Sequence record: PZ445523.1
DNA: 64,000 nucleotides
Reading direction: 5' to 3' (one strand)
Source: a phage
In this document: piece after piece, positions 1-12,114 of the stretch
Numbering within the stretch: position 1 is the stretch's first letter
How the letters are laid out: each line of letters begins with the position of its first letter
Translations under genes and position numbers: made by a program
The notes under the pieces: model-generated
What the model saw: only the letters and a program-made list of their open reading frames with translations
What the model was told of the DNA's origin: nothing
Databases searched by the model: none

Positions 1-32
1 AATATATTAAAGCATATTAAAGAGGATTAAAA

Positions 33-2012
33 ATGACTTTATTATCTCCGGGCATTGAGCTCAAAGAAACTACGGTTCAAAGCACCGTGGTTAATAACTC
101 TACTGGTACAGCAGCTTTGGCCGGTAAATTCCAGTGGGGTCCTGCTTTTCAGATTAAACAGGTTACAAATGAAGTAGATTTAGTTAATACTTTTGGTCAA
201 CCAACCGCTGAAACTGCTGACTATTTTATGTCTGCGATGAATTTCTTGCAGTACGGAAATGACTTACGAGTAGTTCGTGCTGTTGATAGAGATACCGCTA
301 AAAACTCATCTCCGATTGCTGGTAATATTGAATACACAATTTCCACTCCAGGTAGTAACTACGCGGTTGGAGATAAAATCACTGTCAAATATGTTTCAGA
401 TGATATTGAAACTGAAGGTAAAATTACTGAAGTAGACGCAGATGGAAAAATTAAGAAAATTAATATCCCTACTGCAAAAATTATCGCTAAAGCTAAAGAA
501 GTCGGTGAATATCCGGAATTAGGTTCTAACTGGACTGCGGAAATTTCTTCGTCTTCCTCTGGTTTAGCTGCAGTAATAACTCTTGGAAAAATTATTACTG
601 ATTCTGGTATTTTATTGGCTGAAATTGAAAATGCTGAAGCTGCTATGACAGCAGTTGATTTTCAGGCAAATCTTGAAAAATACGGAATTCCAGGAGTAGT
701 AGCTCTTTATCCAGGCGAATTAGGTGATAAAATTGAAATTGAAATCGTATCTAAAGCTGACTACGCAAAAGGTGCTTCTGCATTACTGCCAATTTATCCA
801 GGTGGTGGAACACGCGCATCTACTGCCAAAGCGGTGTTTGGATATGGACCACAAACTGATTCACAATACGCTATTATAGTTCGTCGCAATGATGCTATTG
901 TTCAAAGCGTAGTTCTTTCAACAAAGCGTGGTGAAAAAGATATTTACGATAGTAACATCTATATTGATGACTTTTTCGCAAAAGGTGGTTCAGAATATAT
1001 TTTTGCAACTGCACAAAACTGGCCAGAAGGCTTCTCTGGAATTTTAACTCTGTCTGGTGGATTATCATCAAATGCTGAAGTAACAGCAGGAGATTTGATG
1101 GAAGCTTGGGACTTCTTTGCTGACCGTGAATCCGTTGATGTTCAACTGTTTATTGCGGGTTCTTGTGCCGGTGAATCTTTAGAAACAGCATCTACTGTCC
1201 AAAAACACGTCGTTTCAATTGGTGATGCTCGCCAGGATTGCTTAGTATTGTGCTCACCACCGCGTGAAACTGTAGTTGGAATTCCTGTAACTCGTGCTGT
1301 TGATAACTTAGTCAACTGGAGAACTGCAGCAGGTTCATATACTGATAATAACTTTAATATTAGTTCAACCTATGCAGCAATTGATGGTAACTACAAATAT
1401 CAGTATGACAAATATAATGATGTGAATCGTTGGGTTCCATTAGCAGCTGATATTGCTGGTTTATGCGCGAGAACCGATAACGTTTCTCAGACTTGGATGT
1501 CTCCAGCTGGTTATAATCGTGGCCAGATTCTTAACGTTATTAAACTTGCTATTGAAACTCGCCAGGCGCAGCGTGACCGTTTATATCAAGAAGCTATCAA
1601 CCCAGTAACTGGTACAGGTGGTGATGGTTACGTATTGTATGGTGATAAAACAGCTACTTCTGTTCCTTCTCCATTTGATCGTATTAACGTTCGTCGTCTG
1701 TTTAATATGTTGAAAACGAATATCGGACGTAGTTCAAAATATCGTTTGTTCGAATTAAACAACGCGTTTACTCGTTCATCATTCCGCACAGAAACTGCCC
1801 AGTACTTACAGGGAATTAAAGCTCTCGGTGGAATTTATGAATATCGTGTAGTTTGCGATACAACAAATAACACTCCGTCAGTAATTGATAGAAATGAGTT
1901 TGTTGCAACATTCTACATTCAACCGGCGCGCAGTATAAATTATATCCAACTTAATTTCGTCGCAACTGCTACTGGTGCAGATTTCGATGAGTTAACTGGT
2001 CTTGCAGGTTAA
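33..2012 (+). CDS. 18: tail sheath protein
   Basis: 659-aa ORF, same length as T4 gp18; N-terminus MTLLSPGIELKE; followed by hairpin and late promoter motifs before gene 19. Confidence 0.9.
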   Translation: MTLLSPGIELKETTVQSTVVNNSTGTAALAGKFQWGPAFQIKQVTNEVDLVNTFGQPTAETADYFMSAMNFLQYGNDLRVVRAVDRDTAKNSSPIAGNIEYTISTPGSNYAVGDKITVKYVSDDIETEGKITEVDADGKIKKINIPTAKIIAKAKEVGEYPELGSNWTAEISSSSSGLAAVITLGKIITDSGILLAEIENAEAAMTAVDFQANLEKYGIPGVVALYPGELGDKIEIEIVSKADYAKGASALLPIYPGGGTRASTAKAVFGYGPQTDSQYAIIVRRNDAIVQSVVLSTKRGEKDIYDSNIYIDDFFAKGGSEYIFATAQNWPEGFSGILTLSGGLSSNAEVTAGDLMEAWDFFADRESVDVQLFIAGSCAGESLETASTVQKHVVSIGDARQDCLVLCSPPRETVVGIPVTRAVDNLVNWRTAAGSYTDNNFNISSTYAAIDGNYKYQYDKYNDVNRWVPLAADIAGLCARTDNVSQTWMSPAGYNRGQILNVIKLAIETRQAQRDRLYQEAINPVTGTGGDGYVLYGDKTATSVPSPFDRINVRRLFNMLKTNIGRSSKYRLFELNNAFTRSSFRTETAQYLQGIKALGGIYEYRVVCDTTNNTPSVIDRNEFVATFYIQPARSINYIQLNFVATATGADFDELTGLAG

Positions 2013-2028
2013 TACGGTGCATTCTAAA

Positions 2029-2046
2029 GGCCTGTTTCGGCAGGCC
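2029..2046 (+). terminator. stem-loop after gene 18
   Basis: GGCCTG-TTTCGG-CAGGCC hairpin 17 nt after the stop. Confidence 0.4.
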
Positions 2047-2047
2047 A

Positions 2048-2055
2048 TATAAATA
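2048..2055 (+). promoter_or_regulatory. late promoter -10 box TATAAATA (first of two before gene 19)
   Basis: exact TATAAATA; second copy at 2107-2114, 15 nt before the gene 19 RBS. Confidence 0.6.
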
Positions 2056-2128
2056 CACTATATCCTTAATTCTTTAATTCTATATGCCCTAGGTTAAACA
2101 TAGGGATATAAATACTACAGAGGCTAAT

Positions 2129-2620
2129 ATGTTTGTAGATGATGTAACACGAGCGTTTGAATCTGGTGATTTTGCTCGACCTAACTTATTCCAAGTAGAA
2201 ATTTCTTATCTTGGACAAAATTTTACGTTTCAATGTAAAGCCACTGCTTTACCAGCTGGTATTGTAGAAAAAATTCCAGTCGGTTTTATGAACCGTAAAA
2301 TTAACGTAGCAGGCGATCGTACATTCGATGACTGGACTGTTACAGTAATGAACGATGAGGCACATGATGCTCGCCAGAAGTTTGTTGATTGGCAAAGCAT
2401 TGCTGCTGGGCAAGGGAACGAAATTACTGGTGGAAAACCAGCAGAGTATAAAAAGAGCGCTGTTGTTCGCCAATATGCTCGTGATGCTAAAACTGTAACA
2501 AAAGAAGTCGAAATTAAAGGCCTGTGGCCTACTAACGTGGGTGAACTTCAATTAGATTGGGATTCAAACAATGAAATCCAAACCTTTGAAGTAACTCTTG
2601 CTCTCGATTATTGGGAATAA
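2129..2620 (+). CDS. 19: tail tube protein
   Basis: 163-aa ORF directly after sheath gene, T4 gp19 size; two TATAAATA motifs upstream. Confidence 0.9.
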   Translation: MFVDDVTRAFESGDFARPNLFQVEISYLGQNFTFQCKATALPAGIVEKIPVGFMNRKINVAGDRTFDDWTVTVMNDEAHDARQKFVDWQSIAAGQGNEITGGKPAEYKKSAVVRQYARDAKTVTKEVEIKGLWPTNVGELQLDWDSNNEIQTFEVTLALDYWE

Positions 2621-2652
2621 AATGAATGGGGAGAAATCCCCATCCTGCTTAA

Positions 2653-4277
<1,625 letters not shown>

Positions 4278-4278
<1 letters not shown>

Positions 4279-4523
4279 TGGAAGGTTTAATTGAAGCTAT
4301 TAAATCAAACGACCTCGTAGCCGCTCGTAAATTATTTGCTGAAGCCATGGCTGCAAGAACGATTGATTTAATTAAAGAAGAAAAAATCGCTATCGCTTGT
4401 AATTTCTTAATCGAAGGTGAAGAACCTGATGACGAGGATGATGACGAAGACGAAGATAGTGATGATAAAGACGACAAAAAAGACAAAGACTCTGATGATG
4501 ACGAAGACGAGGATGATGAATAA
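4278..4523 (+). CDS. 67: prohead core protein with poly-acidic C-terminus
   Basis: 81-aa ORF, TAATG overlap with gene 20, Asp/Glu-rich tail; T4 gene 67 position. Confidence 0.8.
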
Positions 4524-4948
4524 TGCTTCTGATCCCTGAAACTCATGAATTAGTTCTCGAGAATGTCGAAGCACTTATTCCTGAAGCACAGGGTCGCTTT
4601 GACGAATTGTCTTCTGCTTTAAATAAAGACGATATAAATACAATTGTCGAGAATATGCTTGATGATGAAACTGATTTAGCGGTTGCATTAGCTTCTATTA
4701 ATGAAAATATGCCGCTAAATGAATTTATCGTTAAACATGTTTCCGCCCGTGGTGAAATTACACGTACCAAAGACCGCAAAACGCGTGAACGTAATGCATT
4801 TCAAACCACCGGGCTGTCTAAAGCAAAACGTAGACAAATTGCTCGTAAAGCTACCAAAACGAAGATTGCCAATCCAGCAGGTCAATCTCGTGCTCAGCGT
4901 AAGCGTAAAAAAGCTCTTAAACGCCGTAAAGCATTAGGATTAAGCTAA
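4523..4948 (+). CDS. 68: prohead core protein
   Basis: 141-aa ORF, TAATG-coupled to 67 and 21; T4 gene 68 position and size. Confidence 0.8.
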
Positions 4949-5586
4949 TGAATGAACCCCAATTACTAATTGAAACTTGGGGTCAACCTGGCGAAATTAT
5001 TGATGGCGTACCAATGCTTGAATCTCATGATGGAAAAGACTTAGGTTTAAAACCGGGTTTATACATCGAAGGAATATTCATGCAAGCGGAAGTCGTCAAT
5101 AGAAATAAACGTCTTTATCCAAAACGCATATTAGAAAAAGCGGTAAAAGACTATATTAATGAGCAAGTTTTAACTAAACAAGCTCTCGGAGAATTAAATC
5201 ATCCTCCACGCGCTAATGTTGACCCGATGCAAGCCGCTATCATTATAGAAGATATGTGGTGGAAAGGAAATGACGTATACGGACGAGCTCGTGTTATTGA
5301 AGGTGACCATGGTCCTGGAGATAAATTAGCAGCTAATATTCGTGCCGGATGGATTCCAGGAGTTTCTTCTCGTGGATTAGGTTCATTGACTGACACAAAT
5401 AAAGGTTATCGTATCGTAAACGAAGGATTCAAATTAACTGTAGGTGTTGATGCAGTATGGGGTCCAAGTGCTCCAGATGCATGGGTAACTCCTAAGGAAA
5501 TTACCGAATCACAGACGGCGGAAGCCGATACAAGTGCCGATGACGCCTATATGGCTCTCGCAGAGGCCATGAAAAAAGCGTTATAA
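4948..5586 (+). CDS. 21: prohead core scaffold protease
   Basis: 212-aa ORF, T4 gp21 size and position. Confidence 0.9.
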   Translation: MNEPQLLIETWGQPGEIIDGVPMLESHDGKDLGLKPGLYIEGIFMQAEVVNRNKRLYPKRILEKAVKDYINEQVLTKQALGELNHPPRANVDPMQAAIIIEDMWWKGNDVYGRARVIEGDHGPGDKLAANIRAGWIPGVSSRGLGSLTDTNKGYRIVNEGFKLTVGVDAVWGPSAPDAWVTPKEITESQTAEADTSADDAYMALAEAMKKAL

Positions 5587-5589
5587 ATA
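5582..5589 (+). promoter_or_regulatory. late promoter TATAAATA upstream of gene 22
   Basis: exact motif in 21-22 intergenic region. Confidence 0.55.
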
Positions 5590-5616
5590 TTATTATCTAA
5601 ACAACAGGACTACAAA

Positions 5617-6426
5617 ATGCTTAAAGAACAACTGATTGCCGAAGCGCAGAAAATTGATGCTTCCGTTGCTCTTGATAGTATTTTCGAATCAGTTAATATT
5701 TCTCCGGAAGCAAAAGAAACTTTCGGCACTGTATTCGAAGCTACCGTCAAGCAGCACGCCGTTAAATTAGCTGAATCTCATATCGCTAAAATTGCTGAAA
5801 AAGCAGAAGAAGAAGTAGAAAAAAATAAAGAAGAAGCCGAAGAAAAAGCTGAGAAGAAAATCGCTGAGCAAGCTTCTAAATTCATTGACCATCTTGCGAA
5901 AGAATGGCTCGCTGAAAATAAATTAGCAGTTGATAAAGGCATCAAAGCCGAACTGTTTGAATCCATGCTTGGTGGATTAAAAGAGCTCTTCGTTGAACAC
6001 AACGTTGTTGTTCCAGAAGAATCAGTTGATGTTGTAGCTGAAATGGAAGAAGAGCTGCAAGAACATAAAGAAGAATCAGCTCGTCTGTTCGAAGAACTCA
6101 ATAAGCGTGACGCATATATCAATTATGTGCAGCGTGAAGTGGCATTGAGCGAAAGTACTAAAGATCTGACTGAGTCTCAAAAAGAAAAAGTCTCTGCTCT
6201 GGTCGAAGGTATGGATTATTCAGATGCATTCTCAAGTAAATTGAGTGCAATCGTAGAAATGGTGAAGAAATCTAATAAAGATGAAAGCACTATTACTGAG
6301 AGTATAAATACTCCTGATACTGAAGCAGCCGGACTGAATTTCGTCACTGAAGCTGTAGAAGATAAAGCTGCACAGGGTGCAGAAGATATTGTAAGTGTAT
6401 ATGCGAAAGTCGCATCTCGTTTCTAA
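5617..6426 (+). CDS. 22: prohead core scaffold protein
   Basis: 269-aa Glu/Lys-rich coiled-coil-like ORF, T4 gp22 size; TATAAATA at 5582-5589. Confidence 0.9.
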   Translation: MLKEQLIAEAQKIDASVALDSIFESVNISPEAKETFGTVFEATVKQHAVKLAESHIAKIAEKAEEEVEKNKEEAEEKAEKKIAEQASKFIDHLAKEWLAENKLAVDKGIKAELFESMLGGLKELFVEHNVVVPEESVDVVAEMEEELQEHKEESARLFEELNKRDAYINYVQREVALSESTKDLTESQKEKVSALVEGMDYSDAFSSKLSAIVEMVKKSNKDESTITESINTPDTEAAGLNFVTEAVEDKAAQGAEDIVSVYAKVASRF

Positions 6427-6444
6427 TTTTAAAGGTTAACACAA

Positions 6445-8010
6445 ATGACTATCAAAACTAAAGCTGAACTTTTGAACAAATGGAAGCCATTACTGGAAGG
6501 TGAAGGTTTACCGGAAATTGCTAATAGCAAACAAGCGATTATCGCTAAAATCTTTGAAAACCAGGAAAAAGATTTCCAGACAGCTCCGGAATATAAAGAC
6601 GAAAAAATTGCTCAGGCATTTGGTTCTTTCTTAACAGAAGCTGAAATCGGTGGTGACCACGGTTACAATGCTACTAACATCGCTGCGGGTCAGACTTCTG
6701 GCGCAGTAACTCAGATTGGCCCAGCTGTTATGGGTATGGTACGTCGTGCTATTCCTAACCTGATTGCTTTCGATATTTGTGGTGTTCAGCCGATGAACAG
6801 CCCGACTGGCCAGGTATTCGCACTGCGCGCAGTATACGGTAAAGACCCAATCGCTTCCGATGCTAAAGAAGCATTCCACCCAATGTATGGTCCAGATGCA
6901 ATGTTCTCTGGTCAGGGTGCTGCTAAGAAATTCCCAGCTCTGGCTGCTAGCACACAAACCGTTGTAGGTGATATCTATACTCACTTCTTCCAGGAAACTG
7001 GTACTGTGTATCTGCAAGCTTCCGCTGTAGTAACAATCGATGCTACTGCTAACGATGCAACTAAATTAGATGCTGAAATTAAGAAACAAATGGAAGCTGG
7101 TGTACTGGTAGAAATCGCTGAAGGTATGGCTACTTCTATCGCTGAACTTCAGGAAGGTTTCAATGGTTCTACCGATAACCCATGGAATGAAATGGGCTTC
7201 CGTATCGATAAACAAGTTATCGAAGCTAAATCTCGTCAGCTGAAAGCTGCTTACTCTATTGAATTAGCACAAGACCTCCGCGCTGTTCACGGTATGGATG
7301 CTGATGCTGAACTGTCTGGTATTCTGGCTACAGAAATTATGCTGGAAATCAACCGTGAAGTTGTTGATTGGATTAACTACTCCGCACAGGTTGGTAAATC
7401 TGGTATGACCCTGACTCCGGGTTCTAAAGCTGGTGTATTTGACTTCCAGGACCCAATCGATATTCGTGGTGCTCGCTGGGCAGGTGAATCCTTTAAAGCT
7501 CTGTTGTTCCAGATTGACAAAGAAGCAGTTGAAATTGCTCGTCAGACCGGTCGTGGTGAAGGTAACTTCATTATCGCTTCCCGTAACGTAGTTAACGTTC
7601 TGGCTTCAGTTGATACCGGCATTTCTTATGCTGCGCAGGGTCTGGCTACCGGCTTTAACACTGATACTACCAAGTCAGTATTTGCTGGTGTTCTGGGTGG
7701 TAAATACCGTGTATATATCGACCAGTATGCTAAACAGGATTATTTCACTGTAGGTTATAAAGGTCCGAACGAAATGGATGCTGGTATTTACTATGCTCCA
7801 TATGTAGCTCTGACTCCGCTGCGTGGTTCCGATCCGAAGAACTTCCAACCGGTAATGGGATTCAAAACTCGTTACGGTATCGGTATCAACCCATTTGCAG
7901 AATCCGCTGCTCAGGCTCCGGCTTCTCGCATCCAGAGCGGTATGCCTTCTATTCTGAACAGCCTTGGTAAAAACGCTTACTTCCGCCGTGTATATGTTAA
8001 AGGTATCTAA
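6445..8010 (+). CDS. 23: major capsid protein
   Basis: 521-aa ORF, T4 gp23 length; strong codon bias; terminator hairpin downstream. Confidence 0.95.
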   Translation: MTIKTKAELLNKWKPLLEGEGLPEIANSKQAIIAKIFENQEKDFQTAPEYKDEKIAQAFGSFLTEAEIGGDHGYNATNIAAGQTSGAVTQIGPAVMGMVRRAIPNLIAFDICGVQPMNSPTGQVFALRAVYGKDPIASDAKEAFHPMYGPDAMFSGQGAAKKFPALAASTQTVVGDIYTHFFQETGTVYLQASAVVTIDATANDATKLDAEIKKQMEAGVLVEIAEGMATSIAELQEGFNGSTDNPWNEMGFRIDKQVIEAKSRQLKAAYSIELAQDLRAVHGMDADAELSGILATEIMLEINREVVDWINYSAQVGKSGMTLTPGSKAGVFDFQDPIDIRGARWAGESFKALLFQIDKEAVEIARQTGRGEGNFIIASRNVVNVLASVDTGISYAAQGLATGFNTDTTKSVFAGVLGGKYRVYIDQYAKQDYFTVGYKGPNEMDAGIYYAPYVALTPLRGSDPKNFQPVMGFKTRYGIGINPFAESAAQAPASRIQSGMPSILNSLGKNAYFRRVYVKGI

Positions 8011-8025
8011 TCTTTGACGATTTAA

Positions 8026-8053
8026 GGGACCTTCGGGTCCCTTTAGTTGTTTT
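8026..8053 (+). terminator. intrinsic terminator after gene 23
   Basis: GGGACC-TTCG-GGTCCC hairpin followed by TTTAGTTGTTTTT. Confidence 0.65.
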
Positions 8054-8058
8054 TATGG

Positions 8059-8066
8059 TATAAATA
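8059..8066 (+). promoter_or_regulatory. late promoter TATAAATA upstream of gene 24
   Basis: exact motif after the gene 23 terminator hairpin. Confidence 0.6.
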
Positions 8067-8093
8067 AATCATATAAACCAAAAGGAAAGCGCA

Positions 8094-9377
8094 ATGGCTA
8101 AAATCAACGAACTTCTGCGCGAATCAACCACAACGAATAGCAACTCAATCGGTCGCCCAAATCTCGTTGCTTTGACTCGCGCTACCACTAAATTAATATA
8201 TTCTGACATTGTAGCAACGCAAAGAACTAATCAACCTGTTGCTGCTTTTTATGGTATCAAATACCTTAACCCAGACAATGAATTTACATTTAAAACTGGT
8301 GCTACTTACGCTGGCGAAGCCGGATATGTAGACCGAGAACAAATCACAGAATTAACAGAAGAGTCTAAATTAACTCTCAATAAAGGCGATTTATTCAAAT
8401 ATAATAATATCGTTTATAAAGTATTAGAAGATACACCATTTGCTGATATTGAAGAAAGCGACTTAGAGTTAGCTCTTCAAATTGCAATCGTTCTTTTAAA
8501 GGTTCGTCTATTTTCTGACGCAGCGTCAACAAGCAAATTTGAAAGCTCTGATAGCGAAATTGCGGATGCTAGATTTCAGATTAATAAATGGCAAACCGCA
8601 GTTAAATCTCGTAAACTTAAAACTGGTATCACAGTTGAATTAGCGCAAGATTTAGAAGCAAATGGATTCGATGCTCCTAATTTCTTGGAAGATTTGCTTG
8701 CAACTGAAATGGCAGATGAAATCAATAAAGATATTCTACAGTCTTTGATTACAGTGTCAAAACGCTATAAAGTTACAGGAATTACTGATAGTGGATTCAT
8801 CGATTTGAGTTATGCATCTGCTCCTGAAGCTGGTCGTTCATTATACCGAATGGTATGTGAAATGGTTTCGCATATCCAAAAAGAATCAACTTATACAGCA
8901 ACGTTCTGTGTAGCTTCGGCTCGTGCCGCTGCGATTCTTGCTGCATCAGGTTGGTTAAAACATAAACCAGAAGATGATAAATATCTTTCACAAAATGCCT
9001 ACGGGTTCTTAGCTAATGGTTTACCACTTTATTGCGATACTAACAGCCCATTAGATTATGTAATCGTTGGTGTAGTAGAAAATATCGGTGAAAAAGAAAT
9101 TGTTGGATCAATTTTCTATGCTCCGTATACAGAAGGTCTCGACTTAGATGACCCTGAACATGTAGGTGCATTTAAAGTTGTAGTTGACCCAGAAAGTTTG
9201 CAGCCATCTATCGGTTTATTAGTTAGATATGCTTTATCAGCAAATCCTTATACCGTAGCAAAAGATGAAAAAGAAGCAAGAGTAATTGATGGTGGAGACA
9301 TGGATAAAATGGCGGGTCGTTCAGATTTGTCTGTTTTATTAGGTGTTAAGCTACCAAAAATTATCATTGATGAATAA
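8094..9377 (+). CDS. 24: capsid vertex protein
   Basis: 427-aa ORF, gp23 paralogue-like, T4 gp24 size; late promoter at 8059-8066. Confidence 0.9.
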   Translation: MAKINELLRESTTTNSNSIGRPNLVALTRATTKLIYSDIVATQRTNQPVAAFYGIKYLNPDNEFTFKTGATYAGEAGYVDREQITELTEESKLTLNKGDLFKYNNIVYKVLEDTPFADIEESDLELALQIAIVLLKVRLFSDAASTSKFESSDSEIADARFQINKWQTAVKSRKLKTGITVELAQDLEANGFDAPNFLEDLLATEMADEINKDILQSLITVSKRYKVTGITDSGFIDLSYASAPEAGRSLYRMVCEMVSHIQKESTYTATFCVASARAAAILAASGWLKHKPEDDKYLSQNAYGFLANGLPLYCDTNSPLDYVIVGVVENIGEKEIVGSIFYAPYTEGLDLDDPEHVGAFKVVVDPESLQPSIGLLVRYALSANPYTVAKDEKEARVIDGGDMDKMAGRSDLSVLLGVKLPKIIIDE

Positions 9378-9380
9378 AAC

Positions 9381-9407
9381 AAAGGGACCTTTCGGTCCCT
9401 TTTATTT
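9381..9407. terminator. bidirectional terminator between convergent genes 24 and rnlB
   Basis: AAAGGGACC-TTTC-GGTCCCTTTTATTT: hairpin flanked by A-run and T-run. Confidence 0.65.
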
Positions 9408-10410
9408 AGCTTACCAATTCAATCCAAGCCGGACGAAGTACATCTTGTACCATTTTAACTAATTCCTTCTTAATCAAAGAAGGATTATCCGCTTGAGTTA
9501 GAGTAATACCTTCACGAGAAGTTTCTTCCAAAATATCTTGAACAGTTAGCCCCATCACCTTTCCAAAATCCTTTGGACCAATTTCGCCAATTTTAGAAAT
9601 AACGTTATTTACTCGGTTCAGTGTAACGTAACAAGCTAAAATTCCCACCAATTTGTTATCAGCTTCTGATAGCTCAACTTTAGCTTTAATAGGCTTATCA
9701 GACTTTTTCTTTTCACTAAATTTAGAATTCTTGCATTTGATAGCGACACGATTTCCATTACGAAGCCAAGAAGGATAACAAGGTTTCAATACATATCCTT
9801 CAGCGGTAAATACTTCGCCTTTTGCTTCGGCATTCCAAACGCATTTATTTGCATCAACTAATCCAGCATGGTCTACTGTAAAATTATAATCTTGGACGAC
9901 AGAATCTAAATCATTTGGCAATTTAATAAGCTCTTCAAATTTACCGCGACCTAAAAGTGGAGCCATTTTAAATTTAAATGTATTGCAGAATGATTCCATC
10001 ATATAATCGTCGACATAAGTCACATCACCACTTTCTGTAGTGACAATAATGTCAAATACATAAAAATCTTTATCGCCATAATCGACATTCTTCTGAATGC
10101 CAGGTCCAGCGAATTCGCCAAAGACTTGATAAGATACAACCGCTGAGGTTTCCATAATATCTTGTACTGCTTTAATGGAATCAGCGTAATTCTTTAGAAT
10201 AATTTCATACCCAAAGAAATCTTCAGCAGGAAGAATAGGACCAGTACGTTTAGCGCAAGTTACTTTATCACGCTCAATAATCAATGAGAAATTTGTGCCG
10301 TGAATCTTTTCACGAGCTACCCACTCCCCACCAGTCAATCCCAAGCTATAAAGTTTTTCAATAAATTTAGAGTTGTAATGATTTTCAAGACTGCTATACT
10401 TTTTAAACAT
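9406..10410 (-). CDS. rnlB: RNA ligase 2
   Basis: 334-aa ORF with nucleotidyltransferase motif EKIHGTN (KxHG lysine); T4 Rnl2 size and position after gene 24. Confidence 0.85.
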   Translation of the reverse strand: MFKKYSSLENHYNSKFIEKLYSLGLTGGEWVAREKIHGTNFSLIIERDKVTCAKRTGPILPAEDFFGYEIILKNYADSIKAVQDIMETSAVVSYQVFGEFAGPGIQKNVDYGDKDFYVFDIIVTTESGDVTYVDDYMMESFCNTFKFKMAPLLGRGKFEELIKLPNDLDSVVQDYNFTVDHAGLVDANKCVWNAEAKGEVFTAEGYVLKPCYPSWLRNGNRVAIKCKNSKFSEKKKSDKPIKAKVELSEADNKLVGILACYVTLNRVNNVISKIGEIGPKDFGKVMGLTVQDILEETSREGITLTQADNPSLIKKELVKMVQDVLRPAWIELVS

Positions 10411-10419
10411 AATTAATCC

Positions 10420-10698
10420 TCAAAATGTAATTTCTAACCAATCACCATCACGCTGATCACTATTGACTTTAAAGCTGAATCCTTCTTTTCTCAGCCAATC
10501 ACCAATTTCTTCAGTAATCAATTTATCACGAGCAATACAATAATAATTAAAATGTGTTTTACCTTGTTCAGCTGCTTTATTAGCAAGTTCCGAAAAATCT
10601 TTAATAAAACACTCTAGCTTAAACTGTTTGCTTTTGAATGCTTTTTCACGCAATTGATTAGCAAAAGATTCATTTTCATAAAGATCATACTGTTCCAT
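10420..10698 (-). CDS. hypothetical protein (T4 24.2 position)
   Basis: 92-aa ORF overlapping neighbours in the rnlB-hoc interval. Confidence 0.5.
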   Translation of the reverse strand: MEQYDLYENESFANQLREKAFKSKQFKLECFIKDFSELANKAAEQGKTHFNYYCIARDKLITEEIGDWLRKEGFSFKVNSDQRDGDWLEITF

Positions 10699-10900
10699 TT
10701 TTCACCTTTTTATTGATATGTCTTTTTCTATAGACAACTTTTTCTCGAGTTTCAAATTTATTTTTAGCAGTCATAGCTCGAGCCCATAATACAGCCACTT
10801 CTTTTGCCTGTAAGTTTAATTCACGAGCAATTTCAATGAATGACTTTCCAGACTCATGAAGAGTAAACACCACAACCTCAGTTCTCATAATCAATCTCAT
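10685..10900 (-). CDS. hypothetical small protein with helix-turn-helix-like segment (T4 24.3 position)
   Basis: 71-aa ORF; segment SFIEIARELNLQAKEVAVLWARA resembles an HTH. Confidence 0.45.
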   Translation of the reverse strand: MRLIMRTEVVVFTLHESGKSFIEIARELNLQAKEVAVLWARAMTAKNKFETREKVVYRKRHINKKVKNGTV

Positions 10901-10969
10901 GTTATCGAGTTGGTGCCATTATATACATCATTTTCTGATTGTGTTTTGTGTGCTTTCAAAATGAAGAAA

Positions 10970-10983
10970 GGGGCCGAAGCCCC
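10970..10983 (-). terminator. hairpin after hoc
   Basis: GGGGC-TTCG-GCCCC on minus strand followed by a T-rich run. Confidence 0.5.
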
Positions 10984-10989
10984 TTATGA

Positions 10990-12114
10990 TTATGGATAGG
11001 TATAGATGATACCAGTTTCTAAAGCAGTTTTATGAATGATGTATCCATTACGTGATTCTTGAACATCAACTTCTGGATAGTCTTTCATCATCTTCTGAAG
11101 AGTGTAACGATGCAGGTAGTATTTACTATCTGGATCTTCAGTTTTCCAATCTTTACCTTCTTCAGTCATTTTTTGGATTTCATCCATAACCCACCAACCG
11201 CACCAGATGTAAGCTGAGCTACGGTGTGGAAGAGGATGAACATAAGGTAATTCACCTTCTGGTTCTGGAGCAACTTTATCAGTTACCTGAACTTGGCCTT
11301 CTGCCGTAATAGTTTTGCTATCATAATCAGCAGCAGTAACAGTTGCAGTAACTTCAATAGTTTGACTTCCAACAGATGAGGTATCAACGGTATATACATT
11401 AGTTGACCCTTCTACAGGAGAAGAATCTTTCTTCCATGAATACTCAATTTGCGCTTCTTCTGGAGCATCAGTAACATTAGCAGTAAATGTAGCCGAAGCA
11501 TCTTGTTGAACGTTAATAGAAGGAGGAGTCAATGTAACCTGTGGATTCATTGTCTTCTTATTAACCGTTAATGATACTTCATTAGAAGTAACTTCCTTTG
11601 CATCATAATCTGCCGCGGTTACTTGGGCTACGCATTTAATTCTTTTAACTCCAACTGCAGTAGGAGTATAGCTAAATGTAGCGGAAGTTGCTTCACTAAC
11701 TTGTGAATCATCTACATACCACTGATACGTAGCAGATGCTCCATCAGGTTGAGAAGCTAAAGCGGCGGTAAATTCAACAGCTGTTCCAATTACTCCAGCG
11801 TCAGGGCTATTAGGAGTTACAGCTAAGGTGGTCGTTTGTGTCTTATTTTGAACTGTGATAGTTGTAGTAGCTTCTGCTGTTTCAGCTTCTGGAACTGTAT
11901 TTGTTGCAACTACTTTAATAGTCTTTTGACCGGCAGGCCCCTTTAATACATAATTAAAAGTTGCTTCAGCTCCATCTTGTGGAACATTATCTACGCTCCA
12001 AGCATAGGTAATAGTTCCACCTTCAGTTTGACCACTGGGTGCAGCAGTAAACTGCTTGGTTTCATCAATAACCCCTGTCGGTGTTTTAGGAGTTATATCA
12101 ACTGTAAAAGTCAT
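10990..12114 (-). CDS. hoc: highly immunogenic outer capsid protein Hoc (Ig-like domains)
   Basis: 374-aa Thr/Val-rich ORF with repeated beta-rich domains; T4 hoc position between rnlB and inh. Confidence 0.85.
   Translation of the reverse strand: MTFTVDITPKTPTGVIDETKQFTAAPSGQTEGGTITYAWSVDNVPQDGAEATFNYVLKGPAGQKTIKVVATNTVPEAETAEATTTITVQNKTQTTTLAVTPNSPDAGVIGTAVEFTAALASQPDGASATYQWYVDDSQVSEATSATFSYTPTAVGVKRIKCVAQVTAADYDAKEVTSNEVSLTVNKKTMNPQVTLTPPSINVQQDASATFTANVTDAPEEAQIEYSWKKDSSPVEGSTNVYTVDTSSVGSQTIEVTATVTAADYDSKTITAEGQVQVTDKVAPEPEGELPYVHPLPHRSSAYIWCGWWVMDEIQKMTEEGKDWKTEDPDSKYYLHRYTLQKMMKDYPEVDVQESRNGYIIHKTALETGIIYTYP

Noticed and set aside
6631-7017. 128-aa minus-strand ORF inside gene 23, and similar internal or antisense ORFs (2249-2551, 3810-4001, 5199-5396, 5778-6122, 8797-8991, 12229-12790, 15761-15955, 18238-18432, 21551-21889, 24163-25081, 26659-26895, 33673-34261, 37774-38110, 39055-40448, 45603-46160, 50510-50752, 54856-55245, 55785-56357, 56680-56946, 57243-57449, 63060-63566)
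   Set aside because: Each is wholly embedded in or antisense to a long gene with a strong identity; no RBS or promoter support, and AT-rich or low-complexity composition explains them.
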